DNA of 64,000 nt from the NCBI GenBank assembly GCA_050944035.1, contig JBMNQH010000004.1:2995-66994 (forward strand), written 5' to 3'. Every line of letters starts with the position of its first letter. Within the stretch, counting starts at the first letter, position 1. A program made the position numbers and the translations under genes. Shown here piece after piece: positions 15,823 to 25,495 of the stretch. The notes beneath the pieces are model-generated. The model was not told where the DNA came from, did no database searches, and saw only the letters and a list, made by a program, of their open reading frames with translations. Source of the DNA: Oscillospiraceae bacterium (GTDB lineage Bacteria > Bacillota > Clostridia > Oscillospirales > Oscillospiraceae).

Positions 15823-17475
15823 TTATTCCACAGAGATCATATAATAATAGACAGGTTGGCCGCCGTTTACGACATTGATTTCAGAGTCGGGAAGTTTTTC
15901 TTCAAATAGAGCGGCGGTATCATTGGCGGTTTCTTCCGTGACATCCTGGCCATAGTAAATGGAGATGAATTCCGGGTCAAAGGAAGAGAAAGTGGACAGC
16001 AGTGTTTCCCATGCGTTGGACAGTTCGGAATAGCTGCCGAGCAAAGCGCCGTCGAGCAGGACAAGATATTCACCGGCATGAATAGTATGGCCGTCGAAAT
16101 CAGAATCGCGTGCAGCGTACGTGACGAGAGCGGTACGCACATTGGCGATGGCGTCTTGGAAGGCGGAGGTGAGATCTGCTTCTTCCGCGGTCTCGTCCAT
16201 GTTCAGCAGAGCGGTAATACCCTGCGGAACGGTTTTGGAAGGAATGACAATGACCTGTTTTTCCGTCAGGGGAATGCATTGTTCCGCCGCCATGATAATA
16301 TTCTTGTTGTTGGGGAATACGTAGACGATCTGTGCGGGCGTCCGGTTGATCTCTTTCAGAATATCCTCTGTTGAAGGATTCATGGTCTGACCACCGGAAA
16401 CAATGCTGTCAACGCCGAGCTGCCGGAACAGGTCACTCAGTCCGTCTCCGGCGCAGACGGCGACAACGCCGTATTTCTTTTCAGGAGCTGCGATAAACTC
16501 GGCTTCTTCGTCGATTGCATCCGCTTCGGCTTCCTCATTGCTGAGAGAGGTATGTTGCTCGCGCATGTTTTCGACTTTGACGGTCAACAACGCACCATAG
16601 GTCAACGCCTCGGTCAGTGCTTTGCCGGGGTCGTTGGTATGGACGTGAACCTTGATGATTTCATCATCGTCCACAACAACCAGAGAATCACCCAGATTGC
16701 CGAGAAAGGCGCGAAGCAGGTCAATGGACTTATTGTTTTCCTTACCGACGATAAACTCTGTGCAGTAGCCAAACTGAATCTCACCGGTATCAAAATCGGA
16801 GAAATCTGCTTTGTTGGAGGGAATAACATTGTCATCTGTTTCGCAGCTGGCGGGAGAAAGCGTGCCGCGAAGGGAACCGAGCATGGCTTCCAGAATGAGA
16901 ACGTAACCGCGCCCGCCGGCGTCAACCACGCCTGCGCGCTTCAGTACGGGATTGATATTCATGGTATCTGCCAGTGCCTCATTTGCGGTTTCCAATGCGA
17001 AAGCCAGCATGAGTTCGATGTCGGTCCCGGCCTCAGCAAATTTGACTGCGGTAGCGGAGGCCAGACGGGAAACAGTGAGGATGGTACCCTCGGCCGGTTT
17101 CATAACGGCTTTATAAGCAATTTCCACACCTTCGGCCAGGGCAGAAGCAAAATCCTGACAGTCTGCAGTTTTTTTGCCCTTGAGTCCTTTGGCAAGTCCG
17201 CGAAACAGCAGAGACATGATAACACCGGAGTTTCCGCGTGCGCCGCGGAGCAGAGCACTGGCAACACAATCTGCTGCTGCGTCGACAGTGTTGGGATGTT
17301 TCTTTCTCAGTTCTGTAGCGGCGGCGCCCATGGTAAGACTCATATTGGTACCGGTGTCACCGTCGGGAACGGGAAATACATTCAATTCATTTAGCGTTTG
17401 TTTATTGGATTCCAAGGCGGCAGAGACGCAGAGAATCATATCTCTGAAAGCCGCGCCATCAATATATTCTCTCAA
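15823..17475 (-). CDS. yloV: DAK2-domain fusion protein YloV
   Basis: 550 aa. N-terminal Dak phosphatase-like domain (VPDGDTGTNM) plus a DegV-like C-terminus. Confidence 0.85.
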   Translation of the reverse strand: MREYIDGAAFRDMILCVSAALESNKQTLNELNVFPVPDGDTGTNMSLTMGAAATELRKKHPNTVDAAADCVASALLRGARGNSGVIMSLLFRGLAKGLKGKKTADCQDFASALAEGVEIAYKAVMKPAEGTILTVSRLASATAVKFAEAGTDIELMLAFALETANEALADTMNINPVLKRAGVVDAGGRGYVLILEAMLGSLRGTLSPASCETDDNVIPSNKADFSDFDTGEIQFGYCTEFIVGKENNKSIDLLRAFLGNLGDSLVVVDDDEIIKVHVHTNDPGKALTEALTYGALLTVKVENMREQHTSLSNEEAEADAIDEEAEFIAAPEKKYGVVAVCAGDGLSDLFRQLGVDSIVSGGQTMNPSTEDILKEINRTPAQIVYVFPNNKNIIMAAEQCIPLTEKQVIVIPSKTVPQGITALLNMDETAEEADLTSAFQDAIANVRTALVTYAARDSDFDGHTIHAGEYLVLLDGALLGSYSELSNAWETLLSTFSSFDPEFISIYYGQDVTEETANDTAALFEEKLPDSEINVVNGGQPVYYYMISVE

Positions 17476-17523
17476 GGATGGGTACCTCCGTATTGGGAAA
17501 ATGATGCGGATTGGCCCGCACGG

Positions 17524-17877
17524 CTATTCGGCGTGCATGGAGTCAATGTATACATCAACGCTGCTGACCGGGACGCCGATCGCGCTGCTGACCTTATAAC
17601 TGACCTCTCCCATGATGCTGCGGGAGAGCGCTTGCAGGTTCACACCGTGGTCAACAACGATGTGCAGATCGATTGAAACGCTGTCATCATCGTGATAGCG
17701 TACAAAAACACCTTTGGACATGGATTCACGGCGGAGAAGATGGACGAGCCCGTCACTCTTGGAACGTCCGGCCATACCCTTTACACCGAAGCAGCGTGTA
17801 GCCGCATCACCTGCAATATTGGTAAACACTTCATTTGATATGGTAATCGTGCCGTTGGCGTTATCGATTTTAATCAT
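17524..17877 (-). CDS. Asp23/Gls24 family envelope stress protein
   Basis: 117 aa. Classic pairing with yloV. Confidence 0.85.
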   Translation of the reverse strand: MIKIDNANGTITISNEVFTNIAGDAATRCFGVKGMAGRSKSDGLVHLLRRESMSKGVFVRYHDDDSVSIDLHIVVDHGVNLQALSRSIMGEVSYKVSSAIGVPVSSVDVYIDSMHAE

Positions 17878-18206
17878 CTTTTGCTTCTCCTTTCACTGGA
17901 CCATAATCAGCCGAATGACGATAATACATTATAGTACGAATATGGCAAAATCACAAGTACATTTTGTAATCTGTTCTATTGTATGTTCTGCAGGAAACAA
18001 AGAAATTTTGCATACGAATTGTATTTTCTATGAAAAAATAGCGTTTTTGGTAGACTTGGAAGAAAATTATACGATATTTTTCGAAAAAAATCGTCAGAAA
18101 CGATTTACAGAAAATGAAAGTGGTGTTAGAATGAAACCACTCATAATGCTTCAGAGGGCTCATCATGCCTTTTTGAGGGTCGTCTCGAAGCTAATATTAA
18201 GAGGAG

Positions 18207-21200
18207 ATGAATATTTTGGCCAGAAAATTTAAGACAATGGACGGCAACAACGCAGCTGCATATGTCTCTTATGCATTTACCGAAGTTGCTGGTATTTACC
18301 CCATTACACCTTCCAGCCCGATGGCTGACCTGGTTGACCAGTGGGCCGCACAGGGCATGAAAAATATCTTTGGCACTACCGTTCGTGTCATTGAAATGCA
18401 GTCCGAGGCCGGCGCAGCAGGTACCGTTCACGGTTCCCTGAACGCAGGTGCACTTACCACGACCTACACTGCTTCCCAGGGCTTGCTGCTCATGATCCCC
18501 AATATGTACAAGATCGCTGGCGAACTGCTTCCCGGCGTATTCCATGTTTCCGCAAGATGCCTTGCTTCCCATGCACTGAACATCTTCGGTGATCACAGTG
18601 ACGTTTATGCTTGCCGTCAGACCGGTTTTGCCATGCTGGCAGAGACCAATGTACAGGAAGTTATGGACCTCGGCGCTGTCGCACATCTGGCAGCCATCGA
18701 GAGCCGCGTACCGTTCCTGAACTTCTTTGACGGTTTCCGCACCTCCCACGAAATTCAGAAGATCGAAGTATGGGATTATGACGATCTCGCTGAAATGTGC
18801 AATATGGATGCTGTCAATGCATTCCGCAAGCGCGCTCTGAACCCTGACCATCCTGTTATGCGTGGTTCCCATGAGAACGACGACATCTTCTTCCAGCATC
18901 GTGAAGCACTGAACAAGTACTATGATGCAGTTCCCAGTATCGTAGAGCAGTACATGGCAAAGGTCAATGCAAAGCTCGGCACCAATTATCAGCTGTTCAA
19001 CTACTACGGCGCTCCTGATGCAGATCGCATGATCATTGCAATGGGCTCCATCTGCGACGTAGCAGAAGAAGTTATTGACTACCTCAACGCACACGGCGAA
19101 AAGGTCGGCCTGCTGAAGGTTCGCCTCTATCGTCCGTTCGCAGCAGACAGATTCCTCGCTGCAATTCCTGAAACCGTTGAGAAGATCGCAGTTCTCGACA
19201 GAACCAAGGAACCCGGTTCTTTGGGCGAACCTCTGTATCTGGACGTTGTTACCGCTCTTGCAAACGCTGGCAAGAACATCCCTGTAATCGGCGGTCGTTA
19301 TGGCCTCGGTTCCAAGGATACACCTCCTGCCTCTGTTTTCGCAGTATACGAAGAGCTGGCTAAGGAAGAAATGAAGCGTCAGTTTACCATTGGTATTGTA
19401 GATGACGTTACCAACCTCTCTCTGGAAGAGAAACCCGCACCCGGCACCGCAGCAGCAGGCACCATCGAATGCAAGTTCTGGGGTCTCGGCGGCGACGGTA
19501 CTGTTGGCGCAAACAAGAACTCCATCAAAATCATTGGTGACCATACCGATAAGTATGTTCAGGCTTACTTCCAGTATGACTCCAAGAAGACCGGCGGTGT
19601 CACCGTTTCCCATCTGCGCTTTGGCGACAAGCCCATCAAGAGCCCCTACTATGTTAACAAGGCTGACTTTGTAGCCTGCCATAACCCCTCTTACATCACC
19701 AACGGTTTCAAGATCGTCAACGATGTTAAGCCCGGCGGTGTATTTCTGATCAACTGCCAGTGGGGCGAAGAGGAGCTGGCTGAGCACCTCAACGCAGAGA
19801 CCAAGCGTTATATCGCAAAGAACAATGTTCAGCTCTATACCATCAATGCAATTGACCTTGCAATTGAAATCGGTATGGGCAAGCGTACCAACACCATCCT
19901 GCAGTCTGCATTCTTCACACTGGCTGGCGTTATGCCTCAGGCTGACGCAATCCGCTACATGAAGGAAGCTGCAACCAAGTCCTACATGAGAAAGGGGCAG
20001 GATATCGTTGATATGAACCATAAGGCCATCGACGCCGGTGCAACTGCATTCGTTAAGGTCGATGTACCGCCCGAATGGGAAAATGCAACCGATGCACCTG
20101 TCGAAGTTACTTACGAAGGCCCCGAAAAACTCGTCGGCATGGTAAAGGATGTTCTGAAGCCCATCGGCAAGATGGAAGGCTATTCTCTGCCCGTTTCCGC
20201 ATTCGAAGGCAACCCCGACGGTACCTTTGAACAGGGAGCATCCGCATATGAGAAGCGCGGTGTTGCTGTTACCGTTCCTTCCTGGACTCCTGACACTTGC
20301 GTACAGTGCAACCGCTGCGCATATGTTTGTCCGCATGCAACCCTCCGTCCCTATGCAATGACCGAGGCAGAAGTTGCTGCTGCTCCTGAAGCAATGAAGT
20401 CTGCTCCTGTTAAGGCCGGCAAGGGCAAGGGTCTCTATACTTACACCCTCTCTGTATCTCCTCTGGACTGCATGGGCTGCGGCGTTTGCGTCGGCGTTTG
20501 CCCCACCAACTCCATCAAGATGGTACCGCAGGCAGACGAGCTTGCTCAGCAGGATGTATTCAACTACACTGTTGAAAATGTTACCGTTAAGGAAGAAGTT
20601 GCAGACCTCACCGTTAAGGGCAGCCAGTTCAAGACCCCCTATCTCGAGTTCTCCGGCTCCTGCGCAGGCTGCGCTGAGACCGCATATGCTCGCCTCGTAA
20701 CCCAGCTGTTTGGCGACAGAATGTACATCTCCAACGCAACCGGTTGCTCCTCCATCTGGGGTGGCCCCGCAGCAACTTCTCCTTATACCACCAATGCTTG
20801 TGGTGAAGGCCCTGCATGGACCAACTCCCTGTTTGAAGATAACGCAGAGAACGGCCTTGGCTTATATCTTGGCCAGAAGGCAGTTCGTGATCGCCTGATC
20901 AACGACGTTAAGTATGTTGAGGAAAACACCAAGGTGGAAAGCCTGAAGGCAGCTTGCGACAAGTATCTGGAAACTGTAGATAACGGCGCAGCCAACAAGG
21001 CAGCTTCTGACGAATTGATTGCACAGCTCGAGAAGTACAGCACCTCTGATGAAGGTCAGGAAATCTTGGCAAACAGAGAGTTCCTGCACAAGAAGTCCAT
21101 CTGGATCTTCGGCGGCGACGGCTGGGCATATGACATCGGTTACGGCGGCGTTGACCACGTTCTCGCTTCCGGTGAAGATGTTAACATCTTCGTATTCGAT

Positions 21201-21752
21201 ACCGAAGTTTACTCCAACACCGGTGGTCAGGCTTCCAAGGCCTCTCAGATGGGCCAGATCTGCCAGTTCTCCGCAGCTGGTAAGAGCATCAGTAAGAAGA
21301 GCCTCTCCGAGATCTCTATGACCTATGGTTATGTTTACGTTGCACAGGTTGCAATGGGCGCAGACATGAATCAGACTCTGAGAGCAATCGCAGAAGCAGA
21401 AGCATACAACGGACCTTCCCTCATCATCGGCTATGCACCCTGCGAGATGCACAGCATCAAGGGTGGTATGATCCACTGCCAGGATGAAATGAAGAAGGCT
21501 GTTGACTGCGGTTACTGGAATCTGTTCCGTTACAATCCCGCTCTGATTGCCGAAGGCAAGAACCCCTTCATGATGGACAGCAAGGCACCTGCTGGCGGCT
21601 ATAAGGAATTCCTTATGAACGAAGCTCGTTATGCAGCACTGACCCGCAGCTTCCCCGAAAGAGCAGAAATGCTCTTTAGCCAGGCAGCTGAAAATGCTGA
21701 AAAGCGTTATAAGCACCTCAGCAGAATGAAGGCTCTGTACGACGTAGACTAA
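18207..21752 (+). CDS. nifJ: Pyruvate:ferredoxin (flavodoxin) oxidoreductase
   Basis: 1181 aa. KTMDGNNAAAY N-terminus, two ferredoxin CxxCxxCxxxCP motifs, and TPP motif GGDGWAYDIG. Confidence 0.95.
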   Translation: MNILARKFKTMDGNNAAAYVSYAFTEVAGIYPITPSSPMADLVDQWAAQGMKNIFGTTVRVIEMQSEAGAAGTVHGSLNAGALTTTYTASQGLLLMIPNMYKIAGELLPGVFHVSARCLASHALNIFGDHSDVYACRQTGFAMLAETNVQEVMDLGAVAHLAAIESRVPFLNFFDGFRTSHEIQKIEVWDYDDLAEMCNMDAVNAFRKRALNPDHPVMRGSHENDDIFFQHREALNKYYDAVPSIVEQYMAKVNAKLGTNYQLFNYYGAPDADRMIIAMGSICDVAEEVIDYLNAHGEKVGLLKVRLYRPFAADRFLAAIPETVEKIAVLDRTKEPGSLGEPLYLDVVTALANAGKNIPVIGGRYGLGSKDTPPASVFAVYEELAKEEMKRQFTIGIVDDVTNLSLEEKPAPGTAAAGTIECKFWGLGGDGTVGANKNSIKIIGDHTDKYVQAYFQYDSKKTGGVTVSHLRFGDKPIKSPYYVNKADFVACHNPSYITNGFKIVNDVKPGGVFLINCQWGEEELAEHLNAETKRYIAKNNVQLYTINAIDLAIEIGMGKRTNTILQSAFFTLAGVMPQADAIRYMKEAATKSYMRKGQDIVDMNHKAIDAGATAFVKVDVPPEWENATDAPVEVTYEGPEKLVGMVKDVLKPIGKMEGYSLPVSAFEGNPDGTFEQGASAYEKRGVAVTVPSWTPDTCVQCNRCAYVCPHATLRPYAMTEAEVAAAPEAMKSAPVKAGKGKGLYTYTLSVSPLDCMGCGVCVGVCPTNSIKMVPQADELAQQDVFNYTVENVTVKEEVADLTVKGSQFKTPYLEFSGSCAGCAETAYARLVTQLFGDRMYISNATGCSSIWGGPAATSPYTTNACGEGPAWTNSLFEDNAENGLGLYLGQKAVRDRLINDVKYVEENTKVESLKAACDKYLETVDNGAANKAASDELIAQLEKYSTSDEGQEILANREFLHKKSIWIFGGDGWAYDIGYGGVDHVLASGEDVNIFVFDTEVYSNTGGQASKASQMGQICQFSAAGKSISKKSLSEISMTYGYVYVAQVAMGADMNQTLRAIAEAEAYNGPSLIIGYAPCEMHSIKGGMIHCQDEMKKAVDCGYWNLFRYNPALIAEGKNPFMMDSKAPAGGYKEFLMNEARYAALTRSFPERAEMLFSQAAENAEKRYKHLSRMKALYDVD

Positions 21753-21790
21753 TTTGTCTGACAATCGTATATCAAATACAGCACAATTTT

Positions 21791-21832
21791 GGTGGTGCGG
21801 AGAATTTCTCCGCACCACCTTTTTTGTTTTTT
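21791..21832 (+). terminator. nifJ terminator
   Basis: GGTGGTGCGGAGA-att-TCTCCGCACCACC followed by TTTTTTGTTTTTT. Confidence 0.85.
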
Positions 21833-21991
21833 GCTATCTTTCACAGAAAACAGAATTTGCCGAAAAATCTCCTTGCCATTGATAGAAAGTGTGGTACAAT
21901 AAAAATTATAAAAATAGTCGCGAGTTAGCACTTTAAAGTGAGCACAGCGATTTTTAAGAGAAATGATTTTAAAATAGAAGGAGATAAGGTT

Positions 21992-23056
21992 ATGAACATT
22001 AGCATTACCAAGACAACAGCGCCGAAGCAAAAACCCGATACCAATGGTATTCCCTTTGGTACCTATTTCAGCGACCACATGTTTTTAATGGATTATGAGG
22101 CAGGAAAGGGATGGATCAATCCTCGTATTGTACCTTATGCTCCCATTTCTTTGGAACCCGCATCTATGGTGTTCCACTATGCGCAGGAAATCTTTGAAGG
22201 CATGAAGGCCTATCGTACCGCAGAGGGCAAGATCCAGTTGTTCCGTCCGGCTGAAAATGCCAAGCGCATGAACAATTCCGGTGCAAGACTGTGTATTCCT
22301 CCGATTGATGAGGACACCTTTATCAGTGCACTCAAGACTCTGATCGAGCTGGATCAGGATTGGGTTCCTGCTGAGCCGGATACCTCTCTCTACATCCGTC
22401 CTTTTATCATTGCAACGGATCCCCATGTTGGTGTTCATGCATCCCATACGTACCTGTTCCTGATTATTACCTGCCCGGTCGGCAGTTATTATAAAGAGGG
22501 CATTAACCCCGTTAAGATCATGATTGAGAATGAAGATGTCCGCGCAGTTCGCGGCGGCACTGGTTTCACCAAGTGCGGCGGTAACTATGCAGCGTCTCTT
22601 CGTGCTGGCGAGCGCGCAGAAAAAGCCGGTTACAGCCAGGTTTTGTGGCTTGACGGTGTTGAACAGAAGTATATTGAAGAAGTTGGCAGCATGAACGTCA
22701 TGTTCAAAATCAACGGAAAAATCATCACGCCTGCTTTGCTTGGCAGCGTATTGCCCGGCATTACCCGCAAGTCCTGCATTGAGATTCTCAAGGACTGGGG
22801 CTATGAAGTGGAAGAGAGAAAGATCTCTGTTGAAGAACTGATGGCGGCAGCCAAGGATGGCACGCTGGAAGAAGCTTGGGGTACCGGTACGGCAGCGGTT
22901 GTTTCTCCCATCGGAGAAATTTCTTATGCAGGCGAAACCCATACCATCGGCAATTTCCAGATCGGCGAAGTGACGCAAAAACTATATGATACCCTGACTG
23001 GCATTCAGTGGGGTAAGATCGAAGATCCTTATGGATGGGTTGTTCCTGTTTGCTGA
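21992..23056 (+). CDS. ilvE: Branched-chain amino acid aminotransferase
   Basis: 354 aa from the ATG behind GAAGGAGA. Class IV aminotransferase motifs. Confidence 0.9.
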   Translation: MNISITKTTAPKQKPDTNGIPFGTYFSDHMFLMDYEAGKGWINPRIVPYAPISLEPASMVFHYAQEIFEGMKAYRTAEGKIQLFRPAENAKRMNNSGARLCIPPIDEDTFISALKTLIELDQDWVPAEPDTSLYIRPFIIATDPHVGVHASHTYLFLIITCPVGSYYKEGINPVKIMIENEDVRAVRGGTGFTKCGGNYAASLRAGERAEKAGYSQVLWLDGVEQKYIEEVGSMNVMFKINGKIITPALLGSVLPGITRKSCIEILKDWGYEVEERKISVEELMAAAKDGTLEEAWGTGTAAVVSPIGEISYAGETHTIGNFQIGEVTQKLYDTLTGIQWGKIEDPYGWVVPVC

Positions 23057-23214
23057 GGTATCAAGGGAAAAATTTAGTTTACAATATAGATCGGTGGGAA
23101 CTTTGGTTTCCACCGATCTTGCTTTGTCCAGATGTCATTGACGAAATGGATAATTGGTTGTACAATGTAACAATGAGAGCGGCTATGCCGAAATTTGAAC
23201 TGAGGTATACGGAA

Positions 23215-24054
23215 ATGGAAGCTAAAAAGAGAAGAGAATTGGAAAAACTCGCGCTTGAAATCCGCATCGGTATCATCGAGCAGCTGAAGGCACGTGGGTT
23301 CGGCCATGTGGGCGGCAGTCTGAGCATTGCAGATGCACTGGCAGTCCTTTATGGCGATGTGATGTGTGTTCGTCCTGATGACCCCAAGTGGCCTGACCGA
23401 GATAAGCTGGTGTGTTCAAAAGGACATGCAGGTCCTGCGATCTATTCGACCCTTGCAGTCAAGGGCTTTTTCCCCTATGAAGAATTGAAGACTCTGAATC
23501 AGCCTGGAACCAAGTTCCCCAGCCATTGTGATCGGAAACTGACCCCTGGTGTGGATATGACCACCGGTTCCCTTGGACAGGGTACCTCTGTGGCCTGTGG
23601 TATGGCTTTGGCGGACAAGCTTTTGGGCAAAGATTGCCGCACGTATCTGTTTGTCGGCGACGGTGAACTGAATGAAGGCCAGGTCTGGGAAGCAGCCATG
23701 TTTGCGGCCGGTAAGAAACTGGATAATGTTGTATGGTTGATTGACTGGAATAAAAAGCAGCTTGACGGTACAATTGAAGAGGTTTTGCCGCAGTTTGATC
23801 TCTGTGCCAAGTTTGCCTCCTTCGGGTTTGATGCTGTGCAGATTAACGGTAACGATATTGAACAGATCTATGATGCCATTACCAACGCTGGTAAGCTCGG
23901 CAAGCCCACTGCCATCATTCTGGATACGGTCAAGGGTTGCGGCGTCAAGGAAGTAGAAGAGACCGCTGCAAACCATTCTATGGCAGTCCCGACTGAGAAG
24001 TGGGACAGCTGGCTCTGTGACCTGAAGGCAGAGCTGGATCGCATGGAAGCATAG
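23215..24054 (+). CDS. Transketolase, N-terminal (TPP-binding) subunit
   Basis: 279 aa from the ATG behind GAGGT. Contains GHVGGSLS and GDGELNEGQVWEA. Confidence 0.9.
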   Translation: MEAKKRRELEKLALEIRIGIIEQLKARGFGHVGGSLSIADALAVLYGDVMCVRPDDPKWPDRDKLVCSKGHAGPAIYSTLAVKGFFPYEELKTLNQPGTKFPSHCDRKLTPGVDMTTGSLGQGTSVACGMALADKLLGKDCRTYLFVGDGELNEGQVWEAAMFAAGKKLDNVVWLIDWNKKQLDGTIEEVLPQFDLCAKFASFGFDAVQINGNDIEQIYDAITNAGKLGKPTAIILDTVKGCGVKEVEETAANHSMAVPTEKWDSWLCDLKAELDRMEA

Positions 24055-24066
24055 GAGGGCGTAAAC

Positions 24067-25029
24067 ATGATAAAAGTGATCTATAATGGCGAAATCAATA
24101 AAACCGCATTTAAGGATATTTTTACCCGAAAGATTCCGGAACTGTGCGAAAAAGATCCAATGGTGATCTATCTGGATGCAGACCTGATGAGCTGCATTGG
24201 TACCGCAAAGTTTGGCAAGGCCCATCCCGAACGTGCCATCAACTGTGGTATTTCCGAGGCCAATATGATTGGCGTTGCCGCTGGATTGGCTTCTGCTGGC
24301 TTTAAGCCAATTGCACACAGCTTTGGCCCCTTTGCCTCCCGCCGCTGCTATGACCAGGCGTTCCTGTCCGCTGGCTATGCAGGCAATGACATTACCATCA
24401 TCGGCAGCGACCCTGGTGTCTGTGCTGCATTCAACGGCGGTACGCATATGCCGTTTGAAGATACGGCGCTGTACCGTGCATTGCCCGGTTCCACAGTACT
24501 CGACATTTCCGATACTGCCCAGCTTTCTGATGTACTGGAACGTTGCCAGTCTATTCCTGGTGTAAAGTATTTACGCGTGCACCGTAAAAACAATGGCCTT
24601 ATGTATGAAGAGGGCAGCGAATTCCCGATCGGCAAGGCCGTTGAGGTTCGCGCGGGAAAGGATTTGGTCATTTTTGCAAGCGGTATCATGGTATTTGAAG
24701 CCATGAAGGCGGCAGATCGTCTGGCAGAAGAGGGCATCGAAGCCGCAGTTCTGGATATGTTCTCCATCAAGCCTCTGGATGAGGAAGCCGTTCTGCGCTA
24801 TACGCAGGAATGTGGTGCAGTGGTCATTGCAGAAAACCATAACCGTATTGGCGGACTGGTCTCTGCTGTGAAGGAGACACTTGCCGGTAAAACCCTTGCA
24901 CCCATCGAGTATGTTGCTGTTGAGGATGCTTTTGGTGAAGTTGGTCCTTTGAACTATTTGCAGGAACGCTTCGGTCTTACAGCAGATCAGATCTACGCCA
25001 AAGCAAAGCTGGCTTTGGAGAGAAAATAA
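24067..25029 (+). CDS. Transketolase, C-terminal (pyrimidine-binding) subunit
   Basis: 320 aa. Contains GISEANMIGVAAGLA. Confidence 0.9.
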   Translation: MIKVIYNGEINKTAFKDIFTRKIPELCEKDPMVIYLDADLMSCIGTAKFGKAHPERAINCGISEANMIGVAAGLASAGFKPIAHSFGPFASRRCYDQAFLSAGYAGNDITIIGSDPGVCAAFNGGTHMPFEDTALYRALPGSTVLDISDTAQLSDVLERCQSIPGVKYLRVHRKNNGLMYEEGSEFPIGKAVEVRAGKDLVIFASGIMVFEAMKAADRLAEEGIEAAVLDMFSIKPLDEEAVLRYTQECGAVVIAENHNRIGGLVSAVKETLAGKTLAPIEYVAVEDAFGEVGPLNYLQERFGLTADQIYAKAKLALERK

Positions 25030-25124
25030 AAGAGATCCATTTGATGAAAAATTCACTCTGTCAATTTGGCAGAGTGAATTTTTCAATAGATTCGGTTAGC
25101 TGAGAGAATTTTAGAGGTTGTTTT

Positions 25125-25430
25125 ATGAAATCTATCACATTGTTTGTGTTGGGAATGCTTATAACGATATTGGGTATCTCTAACATAAAGGGCAATATCG
25201 CTTCCATTCACTGGTATAATCGTACTAAAGTCAGCGAAAAGGATGCACCTAAATATGGAAAAGCAATGGGAACTGGAACAATCATAGCAGGTCTTTCGAT
25301 TGTTATTACTGCAATACTCCGAATATTCTTTTGCTCTGAGCAGTTGTTTTACATAGCATTCGTTGGGATTGTCATTGGAGTTGCGATAATGCTCTATGCG
25401 CAATTCAAATATAATAGAGGCATATTTTAG
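25125..25430 (+). CDS. Small membrane protein, DUF3784-like
   Basis: 101 aa, three hydrophobic helices. The family assignment is tentative. Confidence 0.5.
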   Translation: MKSITLFVLGMLITILGISNIKGNIASIHWYNRTKVSEKDAPKYGKAMGTGTIIAGLSIVITAILRIFFCSEQLFYIAFVGIVIGVAIMLYAQFKYNRGIF

Positions 25431-25445
25431 TGCCCTAAAAAGTAA

Positions 25446-25474
25446 GCGCCCCTTTGGTATTTCCAAAGGGGTGC
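25446..25474. terminator. Bidirectional terminator
   Basis: GCGCCCCTTTGG-tattt-CCAAAGGGGTGC between convergent genes. Confidence 0.7.
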
Positions 25475-25495
25475 CTGTTTTCTCTATAAAAATGT

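Noticed and set aside
18141-20336. 731-aa minus-strand ORF.
   Set aside because: It is antisense to the PFOR gene, whose identity is unambiguous. It is a shadow ORF.
23035-23214. N-terminal extensions proposed by the ORF track here and at 10191, 12930, 13189, 21938, 29352, 32777, 37261, 40279, 40918, 44572, 45516, 48214, 59931, 61896 and 62561.
   Set aside because: In each case an internal ATG or GTG lies a few nt behind a GGAGG-like RBS. That start gives the N-terminus typical of the family, and the upstream parts overlap terminators, promoters or neighbouring genes.
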